Origin: Terrimicrobiaceae bacterium
GTDB lineage: Bacteria > Verrucomicrobiota > Verrucomicrobiia > Chthoniobacterales > Terrimicrobiaceae
DNA length: 64,000 bases
NCBI GenBank assembly: GCA_044369905.1
Contig: JBILWM010000003.1
Location: 85 to 64,084, forward strand
Direction of reading: 5' to 3'
The translations under genes and the position numbers were made by a program. The notes beneath the pieces were generated by a model. That model searched no databases and was not told the DNA's origin. It saw only the letters and a program-made list of their open reading frames with translations. Shown piece by piece: positions 18,278 to 26,878 of this stretch (within the stretch, counting starts at the first letter, position 1; each line of letters begins with the position of its first letter).

Positions 18278-19780
18278 TCAGAGCAGCAGTAGGAAAACAG
18301 CCATGCAGATCGCCGTCGGAATCAGCGCGGCGAGGAAAAGTTTCAGCGCGTTCACGCCGTTTTCCCCAAAGTGGGATTGCAGAATCGACTGGCCGGCGGG
18401 ATTCGGTGCATTCGCAATCACTGTAAGCCCCCCGCCCGCGACTGCACCCGCCACCACGGCGAGTTTCGCTTCGTCTGAAAATCCCGGCACGAGGGATGCC
18501 AGATAAGTGATCGCCGCATTGTCATTAAATGCCGTGAGAGCGGTCGACCCGAGGAGGAGTTGCGTGGGATTCAAGCTCGTGAGCACCGGCTCGATCCACC
18601 ACTGCTGGCAACCGCCATGGATGACAAGGCCCGCCAGGAAGAAGCCTACAAGCACAGGACCACGCAGACTGATCGCCTCCTGATTCCGCTCTGTGGCCGC
18701 AACAAAAGCCAGGAAGAACAGGAACGCCAAAACTACCATCGCCGCGTAATGCGCGGCATAGACGACGAACCCGATGAAAATCAGATGGCAAACAATGATC
18801 GGCACAGGCACAGGAGCCGACGCTCCAGCCTCACTCGCGCGCGGGGACTTCATTGAAAAAAGTTCCCGCCGGAAGACAAGCAGCGCGAGGGTGTTTGAGA
18901 TCAGAATGCACGCGGCGGCCTTCCAGCCGAAGTGGAGAAGCATGAAGGGCGTGTCCCAGTTCCACTTGCTCGCCACCATCACCACAGGCGGCGCCGCGAA
19001 GTGCGTGAGGGTTCCTCCAATCGAGATGTGAACAAAAAGTAGCCCCAGCGTGACATAGCGGAGGTTCATCGAAGGATTCAGTTTGTAGAATTTACCGGCC
19101 AGAAGAAGCGCGCAGATGGTCATCGCGGCTGGCTCCGTGATGAACGAACCGAGCAGCGGACCAATCGTGAGAATCGCAAACCACCACGCCGCCGGACTCC
19201 CGCCTCCGAAGTCGGCGAATTTTTTCAGCGATTCCTCGGCGAATTGAAGAATCGGCCGCGAGCTGGCGATCGCCATGATCACCACCACAAAAATCGGCTC
19301 CGTAAAATTGACCCCGCTCAAATAATGCGAAGCGATTCCAGGCCCCTTCATGGCAAGGATCGCAAGCCCAAGCGGAATCAGCCAGATGCCAAAGACCACC
19401 TCCACCTCGCCGAGAAAGTGAAAAACCACCGAGAGAAACTTCTTCCGGTCCAGCTGACGCAAATCCGTCGCCTCACCTCCAGCCGTCATCCTCTCGCATT
19501 CCACCTCGAACCGGTGCGAAACAGCCCGGAACTTCGCCGCGAGAAAGGTATGCACGATGGCCGCGAAAAAAATGAGCGTCGCCACCAAATTGAACGGATC
19601 GGCCTGAATCCGCCCCAGCAACTTCGCCCCCAAGCCCGTCACTTGCCCGTCCGCATAACTCTCAAGAGGCATCGGAAAAACCGCCGCCTGGCCCGCTCCA
19701 TACAAGCACCCGCTCAAACCAGCCCAGACAATCAGGACGGCAAAAAAAAGTCGGCGCGCAAAAAAAGTGGGCATGAACAT
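18278..19780 (-). CDS. polytopic membrane transporter (putative Na+/H+ antiporter-like, ArsB/NhaD-type permease)
   Basis: About 12 hydrophobic helices throughout. Family assignment is from overall resemblance only. Confidence 0.65.
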   Translation of the reverse strand: MFMPTFFARRLFFAVLIVWAGLSGCLYGAGQAAVFPMPLESYADGQVTGLGAKLLGRIQADPFNLVATLIFFAAIVHTFLAAKFRAVSHRFEVECERMTAGGEATDLRQLDRKKFLSVVFHFLGEVEVVFGIWLIPLGLAILAMKGPGIASHYLSGVNFTEPIFVVVIMAIASSRPILQFAEESLKKFADFGGGSPAAWWFAILTIGPLLGSFITEPAAMTICALLLAGKFYKLNPSMNLRYVTLGLLFVHISIGGTLTHFAAPPVVMVASKWNWDTPFMLLHFGWKAAACILISNTLALLVFRRELFSMKSPRASEAGASAPVPVPIIVCHLIFIGFVVYAAHYAAMVVLAFLFFLAFVAATERNQEAISLRGPVLVGFFLAGLVIHGGCQQWWIEPVLTSLNPTQLLLGSTALTAFNDNAAITYLASLVPGFSDEAKLAVVAGAVAGGGLTVIANAPNPAGQSILQSHFGENGVNALKLFLAALIPTAICMAVFLLLL

Positions 19781-19856
19781 CGCAGCCCGTGTCTACCACA
19801 GCCCCGCCCATCGGCAAACCAGATCTGCCTGCCCCGCCCACCTCAAAACAATGACA

Positions 19857-19886
19857 AAAAAAATGAACGATCGTCCAAAAATTTGG
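19857..19886. repeat. partial second copy of the palindrome module
   Basis: ACAAAAAAAATGAACGATCGTCCAAAAATTTGG shares ACGATCGTCCAAA plus a flanking A/T-TTTGG module with the 19968-19995 element about 110 bp away. Confidence 0.4.
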
Positions 19887-19967
19887 TTTTTAAGATGGAA
19901 GAAGTTAGGTTCAAAAAAATCAGAAAATCATTCTAAAACAAATAAAAACAGAATCTTACAAACAACA

Positions 19968-19995
19968 AAAAATTTGGACGATCGTCCAAATTTTT
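19968..19995. promoter_or_regulatory. 28-bp perfect palindrome, candidate operator in a divergent promoter region
   Basis: AAAAATTTGGACGATCGTCCAAATTTTT is its own reverse complement. It lies between the minus-strand transporter start (19780) and ribE (20084). Confidence 0.4.
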
Positions 19996-20083
19996 GGTCG
20001 CACGGCAAATAGTGTGATGTGGTTTTGCGGTGTGTGGGGATTTGATTTGCATGGGGGGAGCGGGGGGATGGATAGTCGGGGGC

Positions 20084-20680
20084 ATGTTCACTGGACTTGT
20101 TGAGGAGATGGGGTGTTGCGAGTGGCTGAGGGTTGATGCCGGGGGGGCGCGGTTGGGGGTTCGGGCTCCGCGTATTTCGGATGGGGTTGCTATTGGTGAC
20201 AGCGTGGCTGTGAACGGGTGTTGTCTCACTGTGACACGGGCTTTGGATGGGGTGATGGAATTCGATCTCCTCGTGGAGACGCTGCGCCGCACGAATCTGG
20301 AATCTCTCGTTCCCGGGGCAGGGGTGAATCTGGAACGCTCGCTGGCGGCGGATGGGCGTCTGGGCGGGCATTTCGTGCAGGGGCATGTGGATACCACGAC
20401 GAAGGTGCGATCTGTCACGCGGCAGGGCGCGGATATTCGTCTGGATTTTGAAATGCCTGCGGAGTTCGCCTGCTACATCGCCTACAAAGGCTCCGTCGCC
20501 ATCAATGGCGTGAGCCTCACCGTGGCCGAAGTGGGGGTAGACACCTTCACGGTCTGGATCATTCCCCACACGGCGGGTGCGACAAACCTCGGCGTTCTTG
20601 AGGCGGGGCGGATGGTCAATCTCGAGTGCGACATGCTGGCGAAATACACCGCGCGCATTCTCGAGTGCCGGCGCGACTGA
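20084..20680 (+). CDS. ribE: riboflavin synthase alpha chain
   Basis: MFTGLVEEMG start and duplicated lumazine-binding repeats (GDSVAVNGCCLTV / GSVAINGVSLTV). Confidence 0.9.
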   Translation: MFTGLVEEMGCCEWLRVDAGGARLGVRAPRISDGVAIGDSVAVNGCCLTVTRALDGVMEFDLLVETLRRTNLESLVPGAGVNLERSLAADGRLGGHFVQGHVDTTTKVRSVTRQGADIRLDFEMPAEFACYIAYKGSVAINGVSLTVAEVGVDTFTVWIIPHTAGATNLGVLEAGRMVNLECDMLAKYTARILECRRD

Positions 20681-20691
20681 GCGCGTCCGCC

Positions 20692-21078
20692 TTATTCCAA
20701 GCCGCGTTGAAAGAGGTCGCCTTCGTCGAGTCCGAGGTAGTGGCCGAGCTCATGGAGAAATGTGATACGCACCTCCTCGCGGTAGGAGTCCTCTTCGGCG
20801 CCGCACATGTCCCAGAGGTTTCCGAGCCACAGAACGATCCTCGGCATTTGTGGGCTGGACGGATCGGCGGCATCCGAGCCTTCGAAGAGGCCGAGTTGGT
20901 CGCCATCCACCCCGTCCGCCTCGTGTTCTGGCGAGGGGAATTCCTCCAGCACAGTGGCCACGCCGTTCAAGGCGTCGCGAAGCGGGTCGGGAAGCTCCGA
21001 GCGGATTTGCTCGATCTCCTGCGATGCCAACTTCAGCAGGTGGGAAAAGGGTGCGTTTGGATCTCCTTCAAAATTCAT
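20692..21078 (-). CDS. minimal zinc metallopeptidase (zincin-like, DUF1025-type)
   Basis: HExxH motif in TFLHELGHYLGLDE. Start trimmed to ATG 21078. Confidence 0.7.
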   Translation of the reverse strand: MNFEGDPNAPFSHLLKLASQEIEQIRSELPDPLRDALNGVATVLEEFPSPEHEADGVDGDQLGLFEGSDAADPSSPQMPRIVLWLGNLWDMCGAEEDSYREEVRITFLHELGHYLGLDEGDLFQRGLE

Positions 21079-21197
21079 GGTGTATCGTGCGGCTGCATGC
21101 GTCCGGTCAGGGCTGGACAAATTCACCGGACCACTCAAAAAAGCCAGTTATTCTATTTTCAAAAGTCTCCGGCGTTCATTACGATGAGTGCTCGTTT

Positions 21198-21857
21198 ATG
21201 GGCCCCGAACAAGAATTTATGGAATCAAGCCTTGAGCGTTGCCGGCGCGGTGACTTGGAGGAACTTGCCCGTGTCTATGCCGAGCTTTTGCCTTCGATTC
21301 AGGGATACCTTCAAAACCTTGGTGCATCCGCGATGGAGGCCGAGACTCTTGCCTCCGAAGTGTTGAGCGATTGCCTCGTTGGAACTCTCACGCGTCCTCC
21401 GCTGATTCAAAAATACCATGGTCGCAGTTCCCTTTCCACATGGGTCAGCGCCGTTGCCAGAAACCGGTATTTCGATTTCATGCGTGGACAAAAAACGGAT
21501 CAGGCCATGGCCGCGCGCCTTCAGGAGGCTCTGATGGCCGGGGAGGGATGGGTGGAAGACACCATGCATGAGGAGCATATCTTCAACACGCTGCGTCACG
21601 CGCTGATTCAGGCATTCCAGGCCCTCTCGGCCACAGACGCCGTGCTTTTGCACCTTGTTCATGGCTACAAGGTGGATCAGCGAATTTTGGCGAGATCGCT
21701 GGGTTGGTCGGATAGCAAAATGAGCCGCCACCTCTCCTCGCTCCGCTTCGAGTTGAAACAGAAGGTCAAAAGTTCCCTCCATGACACTGGGCCGGGAGGG
21801 ACTCCCAAGTGGGAAGATCTCGTTCAGGTATGTGGTCAAATGTTCGAACCCCTCTGA
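21198..21857 (+). CDS. ECF-type RNA polymerase sigma factor
   Basis: Region 2-like SSLSTWVSAVARNRYFDFMR and region 4 HTH VDQRILARSLGWSDSKMSRHLSSLRFEL. Start is ATG 21198 or 21219. Confidence 0.75.
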   Translation: MGPEQEFMESSLERCRRGDLEELARVYAELLPSIQGYLQNLGASAMEAETLASEVLSDCLVGTLTRPPLIQKYHGRSSLSTWVSAVARNRYFDFMRGQKTDQAMAARLQEALMAGEGWVEDTMHEEHIFNTLRHALIQAFQALSATDAVLLHLVHGYKVDQRILARSLGWSDSKMSRHLSSLRFELKQKVKSSLHDTGPGGTPKWEDLVQVCGQMFEPL

Positions 21858-21864
21858 AAAATCT

Positions 21865-22137
21865 ATGAACACGCTTTCTTTTGAATCCCTTCCCGACGAT
21901 GCGCCTTTCGAGTGGCTTCTCGATATGTTCTTCCGCTCCGAGTCGGTGGCCTGTTTTTCCGGTCAATCGGACGAGGAGGAAATCGATGGCGCCATGCGGG
22001 AGATGGCTGCGGGCCGTCTTGAGCCGGTGCAGGTCGAAGAGCTTTTCGGCAAGGTCAGGTCGGATTCCTCCGCTGTGGCGCGCCTTGCCTCGATACTTCA
22101 GGAATCCAAGGTCGGCGTTCCGGAGGCGAAGGAATGA
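21865..22137 (+). CDS. small acidic protein (possible anti-sigma/adaptor)
   Basis: 90 aa and acidic, starting 8 nt after the sigma stop. Its stop overlaps the next start as ATGA. No known motif. Confidence 0.45.
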   Translation: MNTLSFESLPDDAPFEWLLDMFFRSESVACFSGQSDEEEIDGAMREMAAGRLEPVQVEELFGKVRSDSSAVARLASILQESKVGVPEAKE

Positions 22138-22769
22138 TCACACAAAAGCCGCAACCTTCACTGCCTGCCGCCACTCTTCCGGAAGGCGTCGAACCGCCTG
22201 CTGGAAACGGCGTGTTGCTCGAAGCCTGGATGGATGCCCAAGCCGGCGCGATCTGCCGAGGTGAGTGGAAGGGATGGCCGCCTGCGGGAAGCTTCGATCT
22301 GCTCCGTGATGCGGTGAAATCCGTCGAAGCCGACGACGGGGCATTGTGGTTGGTGGATGATGTGGGGCGCGAGCTTCGGCCCCGCTTCAGCATTGGCGAG
22401 CATTCGAATATTTTACTGAACGAAATCCGCCAACCGCTCAGCTCGGGTTTGATCAGCATGGTTTTTTTCACCGAGAATTCGATTTGCGAAGCTGAGGTGG
22501 GGCGCCGGAGCGAGTATTGTCCGGATGTCGACTCGCGTCTTGGTTTGAAGACCAAGGCGATGATTGCGATACCGGTCTTTTTTGCGCAAAGGTGCCGGGG
22601 TGTCTTCTCAGCGGTTCTTTTCGACAAGGCAGGCGGGATCAGGCGAAAGAACGCCTTTCTTCCCGCAGACTTTGAAGCCCTCTCGCAGGCTGCGGCGCTC
22701 TGGAGCGAGTTGATGGATTCCCAGATTGCCGGAGTCGGCATGCAAATCGGCGGCACCGTCTTGACATGA
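22134..22769 (+). CDS. GAF-domain protein
   Basis: GAF-like core DDGALWLVDDVGRELRPRF...GLISMVFFTENS...KAMIAIPVFFAQRCRGVFSAVLF. Confidence 0.65.
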   Translation: MITQKPQPSLPAATLPEGVEPPAGNGVLLEAWMDAQAGAICRGEWKGWPPAGSFDLLRDAVKSVEADDGALWLVDDVGRELRPRFSIGEHSNILLNEIRQPLSSGLISMVFFTENSICEAEVGRRSEYCPDVDSRLGLKTKAMIAIPVFFAQRCRGVFSAVLFDKAGGIRRKNAFLPADFEALSQAAALWSELMDSQIAGVGMQIGGTVLT

Positions 22770-23533
22770 GGGGAGTCGTTCAGTTGGTGGACTTCTCGGA
22801 TGCGTCGCGGCGTGGCGATGGACGGGGAGTGAGGGTAGCCGTGCTCGATTCCGGGATCGAAAGGCTCCATCCGGAGTTTCGGGGGGCTGACTTCGACGAT
22901 GATCTTTGCTTTGCAAGCACGGGAAATGAAGAAGCTCCCAAAGATGCGGGCGGAGCGGATTTCTTCGGCCACGGAACCGCTGTTGCCGCTGTGCTTCTCC
23001 AGACCGCGCCCGCCGTGACGATCGGCAGTTTCCGGGTGCTCGGCGGCGAGGCCTACGGACGCGATGAAATCATCCGCCGCGCCGCATTGGAAGCCATTGC
23101 GCGGGGGTATCACATCATTCACTGCAGTTTTGGCGCGAGCGGATCGCCTTTCACCGTGATGTCTTTCAAATCCTGGATCGATGCGGCGTATCTTGCCGGT
23201 GTTCATGTGGTCGCCGCATGCAACAACGGTGGATCCTCTGTGCGCGTCTGGCCCGCGCATTTCACAAGCGTGGTGGCGGTGGATTCCACGACAGGTGTTG
23301 CGAACCCGGGCATCCAAAGGCGCTCGGGCTCCCTTGTTGAGTTTGCGGCGCAGGGAGGAAACGGCTCGCGATTGCCATGGAGGGATGGGGGCATGCGGAC
23401 CATTTGCGGCACGAGCTTCTCCGCTCCCGTGGCCACCGGTCTCATCGCCAGAATCCTATCCGTTCATCCCGGCATCCATCCGGACCAGATGAAGATGATC
23501 TTGCGGGACATCGCCGAACCGGCGGAGTCATAG
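22766..23533 (+). CDS. subtilisin-like S8 serine peptidase, no signal peptide
   Basis: Catalytic triad contexts VAVLDSGI, GHGTAVAA and GTSFSAPVATG, with oxyanion Asn in AACNNGG. Only 255 aa, and the N-terminus is not hydrophobic. ATGA overlap with the GAF gene. Confidence 0.85.
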   Translation: MRGVVQLVDFSDASRRGDGRGVRVAVLDSGIERLHPEFRGADFDDDLCFASTGNEEAPKDAGGADFFGHGTAVAAVLLQTAPAVTIGSFRVLGGEAYGRDEIIRRAALEAIARGYHIIHCSFGASGSPFTVMSFKSWIDAAYLAGVHVVAACNNGGSSVRVWPAHFTSVVAVDSTTGVANPGIQRRSGSLVEFAAQGGNGSRLPWRDGGMRTICGTSFSAPVATGLIARILSVHPGIHPDQMKMILRDIAEPAES

Positions 23534-23593
23534 GGCGCGTCGGGATTTTCCAAATCAAGCCAGGCCGTTTTTTTTAAAAGCCCTCTTCTGGAT

Positions 23594-24541
23594 TTACTCG
23601 GCGAGGATGTGTTTCGGGCGTTTTTCGTCCGCCGGAGCGTCGGTCGAGGTATCCGGCAATGGCACGGGTCGGTCGGAGAGCGAGGGCACAGGCGGCTTGG
23701 CAGCTTCGGCGGCGGGATCGATCTCCTGGGCGCCGATGACTTGGATTGTTCCATCCGGACCTTCGCGGAGGATCGGGCGCTTGACGATTTGGCTGTAGGT
23801 TTTGCGATCGAGGACTTCGCCGTTGAGACCGATGTGCGAGTAGAGGAACGCTTTGGGAGCTACATTTTGCAGGACATGAATCTGGTTTCCCTTATCGAGA
23901 AGAATCTCCGGCGTGCCGTAGGAAACGAGCCTTCCAAGGCGGTGGGTGCAGAAGACCGTGCCACCCTTGGCGTTTTCGATGCGGACATAGAGCTGTGTGC
24001 TGTTCGGCAGGCGGTGTGTGAGCACGGTGATATTGCGTGTCTCGCCGGCGCCTGGCATGCCCTCGGGGACTCCCACGGTTTTTTGAAACACGGGCTTCCC
24101 GTCAGTGATTTCGATATTCAGGGGAGGGGAGTTGAAGAAGCGCTTGAGTGTGGCGGCGTAGATCGCCGCACGGATCCGATAGCCGCCGAATTCGCCAATC
24201 GGGAAAAGCGGGGTGAGATTCACTGTGCGGTTCAACTTTTGCCCTGGCTCCAAAACGAGCGGTTCATTGGTGTAGTTTAGGCTGCGTGGAGCGATAGGGC
24301 GGCCGTCCAGCGTCTCGATCTGGAATCCAAACCAGTGGTTGCCATCCGCATCGCTGAGTGGGAGCGGATTGCCGGTGAGGTTCGTGAGGCTTACATTAAT
24401 GAGTATCGGCTCGTAGCTGATGTAGAGCGTGCGCTTGAGCTTGATGTCCACCTGCAACTGCGCAGAACCACTATGGATGAAGCCGAAGAGCACCAGCGCA
24501 ACAAGGAAGGGGCGCACCAAAGAGAAGGGGGCTTCAATCAT
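23594..24541 (-). CDS. secreted hypothetical protein with Pro-rich C-terminus
   Basis: Signal peptide LVALVLFGFIHSGSAQ and beta-rich composition. It is the last gene of a minus-strand three-gene cluster. Confidence 0.6.
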   Translation of the reverse strand: MIEAPFSLVRPFLVALVLFGFIHSGSAQLQVDIKLKRTLYISYEPILINVSLTNLTGNPLPLSDADGNHWFGFQIETLDGRPIAPRSLNYTNEPLVLEPGQKLNRTVNLTPLFPIGEFGGYRIRAAIYAATLKRFFNSPPLNIEITDGKPVFQKTVGVPEGMPGAGETRNITVLTHRLPNSTQLYVRIENAKGGTVFCTHRLGRLVSYGTPEILLDKGNQIHVLQNVAPKAFLYSHIGLNGEVLDRKTYSQIVKRPILREGPDGTIQVIGAQEIDPAAEAAKPPVPSLSDRPVPLPDTSTDAPADEKRPKHILAE

Positions 24542-24579
24542 TCTCTGAGTCCTCTGTGCACCCTGTGGTCAATCATTCC

Positions 24580-26877
24580 TTATTTCGCGTCTTCAGCGGT
24601 CCGGAAGCCCAAGGCGTCATCGCCTTTCAATTCCATAAGCTTTGTTCCCCGGCGCAGGGCGGTGTTTTCATCCCGCGTCTTCCAACTGCTGCCACGGTAG
24701 ACTGGAACCTTGTCGCCCGGGCGTTCCTCATCCTCGGCCCAGGTATCGGTCCACTCGAAGACATTCCCGGCCATTCCCCGCACTCCGAAAGCACTCTTGT
24801 CCGTTTCTGGCTTGTCCACCGGGCTCCAGCGCTTGAATCCATCGATATTGGCCTCCGCTTTCGGGTCGGGGTTGAAGTCGTAGCCGTTATTGGCGAGTTT
24901 GTTGTCAAATGCATCGCCCCATGGATTTTTGGAGCCCTTGTCGCCGCGTGCGGCACGCTCCCACTCCTGCTCTGTGGGCAAGCGCTGGCCCTTCCATTTC
25001 GCATAGGCGTAGGCGTCATACCAATCCACGCCGAAAACGGGCGAGTCGAGGGAAAGCGCAGAGTCTTGATAGCGGCCCCAGCGTTTCGCCCTCGTGTAGT
25101 AGCCGGGGTTTGGCGGGTCGATTTCGGTCATGTCCGCCCAACCAGCCGGAACATGGGATTTGCCGGGAGGTTGATTGGGATGCGCGACTTTGGCCGCTTT
25201 GTCGGGATTCTCTTTGAGATCTTTTAAAAAGGCGGCGTATTCGGCGATGGTGACCTCGTATTTGGAGATTTTGAAGGCGGGCACATTGACGGTTTGGCCT
25301 TGGAAGGAGACTTCGCCCGCTGGAATCGCGATCATGTCCCCGAGGTCTTTCACATGGACATTGTTTTTGGTGAAGGCCCTGATGACAAAAAAGCAGGCCG
25401 CCAGCGTGAGAGTGAGGGAAACGGCACTGTAGATGATCACATTCTTGCGGCTCATTTTCTTCGAGTCCTCCAGCGCGCGCGAGCGGGTGAGTGTTTGCGA
25501 CTGGATTTTTTCCACATCGGCTGGAGCGGCCTTGGGCATGCGGCTTTCGGCGAGTTGGGCGATGGTGGCCCATGTGGTTGTCGCAGGATCCGAGTTTTGA
25601 ATTTCTGTCAGCGTCGTTTGAGCGATGGCGGAGGATTTGTCCGTTGCCAGAATGGGCAGCAGGAGGTTGACCAGATTTTGGATTTCCTGCTGTTGGTCGA
25701 TGGGGGCCGGGGCCTCTTTGCAGGCGAGGTTCGATAAACGGGGAGCACTGCCTGGCTTGAGGATGATGTGGCGGGGAAGAAGGGTGACGCGGGCTATGCC
25801 TTCTTTGTCGAAGAACTCGAAAACCTCTCCGACCGACTTGATGATTTGGAGCGCGGTGGTAGTGTCGATCTTGCGTCCATTCTCGATCATGTCCTCGAGG
25901 GTTGGGGCCCCAACTGCTTCGTTGGAGTAGAATGAGACGCCTTCATGCTCGCCGCTTTCATACACGGTGGTCACAAGTGTGTGCGTCACCTTTGCCTTGG
26001 CGCGGGCGTCGTTTACGAATTTTGCGGCTATGTCCGGATCCGCCGCTGCGGCTGGTTTCAAAACACGGAGGATGACCTGCCGACCGATATTTGTCTGGGT
26101 GGCGCGGTAGAAGGTCTCGTTCTCCATGTCGCGGATGCGGGCCTCAATGACAAAGTGGCTGATCGTTTTTCCGACCAATTCATCCGGCGGGAGGTCTGGT
26201 TTGGGGGGTAGGGCGGGGGCTTTGGCAGGCGCGGCGGGCTTTGCCTGGGCTTTTGCCGCAGGAGCAGCGCCTTTGGCGACGGGCTTCGCGGCAGCCTTTG
26301 GTGCAGCGGCGACACCTGCCTTCGGCTTGGCGCCCACAACTTGAGGTTTGGGTGCGCCAGCAGCTTGGGGTTTTGCAGCAGCAACCGCTGGTTTGGGAGC
26401 CGCCGCAACCGGCTTCGGCTGGGCAGCGGGTGCGGGTGCGGGTGCGGGTGCGGGTGCGGGTGCGGGTGCGGGTGCGGGTGCGGGTGCGGGTGCGGGTGCG
26501 GGTGCGGGTGCGGCGGGGGCCTCCGGGGCGAATCCTAATTCGGTTAGGGTCTGTGCCAGGGTCTCGGCGCTGATTGGTTGGGGTAGGAAGGGGGCTCCGC
26601 CGAGCCGGTCTGCATAAGGGGAGATATCGTGCGGCGATGTGAAGATGACCTTGAGTTCCGGCAGGTAGGGCAGCAGGGCGTCGCGAAGAGAGAAGCCGTC
26701 GAGCGGTGCAAAATAGACCCCGGAAATCAAGAGGTCGCAGGCACCGTTGGTATTGATCCACTCGATCACGGCATCGGAGTCGGCGGCGATGCCGGGAGCA
26801 GGTTTGCCGAGGGAAACGAGGGCCTGCGAAAGTGAGGCTGCGGCGTCGGAATCGCTGAGGGCGAGGAGCGTTTTCAT
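24580..26877 (-). CDS. multidomain signalling protein: degenerate receiver - (Ala-Pro)n linker - pseudokinase - TM - FGE-sulfatase (SUMF1-like) domain
   Basis: C-terminal FGE-type motifs RLPTEQEWERAARG, GNVFEWTDTW, YRGSSW and GFRTA. The central kinase-like fold lacks the GxGxxG loop, has VILRVL in place of VAIK, LPRHIILKP in place of HRDLKP, and no DFG. One TM is VIIYSAVSLTLTLAACFFVI. Confidence 0.8.
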   Translation of the reverse strand: MKTLLALSDSDAAASLSQALVSLGKPAPGIAADSDAVIEWINTNGACDLLISGVYFAPLDGFSLRDALLPYLPELKVIFTSPHDISPYADRLGGAPFLPQPISAETLAQTLTELGFAPEAPAAPAPAPAPAPAPAPAPAPAPAPAPAPAPAAQPKPVAAAPKPAVAAAKPQAAGAPKPQVVGAKPKAGVAAAPKAAAKPVAKGAAPAAKAQAKPAAPAKAPALPPKPDLPPDELVGKTISHFVIEARIRDMENETFYRATQTNIGRQVILRVLKPAAAADPDIAAKFVNDARAKAKVTHTLVTTVYESGEHEGVSFYSNEAVGAPTLEDMIENGRKIDTTTALQIIKSVGEVFEFFDKEGIARVTLLPRHIILKPGSAPRLSNLACKEAPAPIDQQQEIQNLVNLLLPILATDKSSAIAQTTLTEIQNSDPATTTWATIAQLAESRMPKAAPADVEKIQSQTLTRSRALEDSKKMSRKNVIIYSAVSLTLTLAACFFVIRAFTKNNVHVKDLGDMIAIPAGEVSFQGQTVNVPAFKISKYEVTIAEYAAFLKDLKENPDKAAKVAHPNQPPGKSHVPAGWADMTEIDPPNPGYYTRAKRWGRYQDSALSLDSPVFGVDWYDAYAYAKWKGQRLPTEQEWERAARGDKGSKNPWGDAFDNKLANNGYDFNPDPKAEANIDGFKRWSPVDKPETDKSAFGVRGMAGNVFEWTDTWAEDEERPGDKVPVYRGSSWKTRDENTALRRGTKLMELKGDDALGFRTAEDAK
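26426..26509. repeat. hexanucleotide microsatellite (GCGGGT)x14 inside a CDS, encoding (Ala-Pro)n
   Basis: 14 perfect tandem GCGGGT units counted directly. On the minus strand they translate to APAPAP.... Confidence 0.95.
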
Positions 26878-26878
26878 G

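Noticed and set aside
19990-20083. FMN (RFN) riboswitch upstream of ribE
   Set aside because: The conserved RFN core sequences were not visible, and the leader is G/T-rich without the expected multi-stem pattern.
26426-26509. Regular short repeats considered as a possible CRISPR array
   Set aside because: The units are contiguous 6-mers without spacers, lie inside a CDS and encode (Ala-Pro)n. No cas genes are present.
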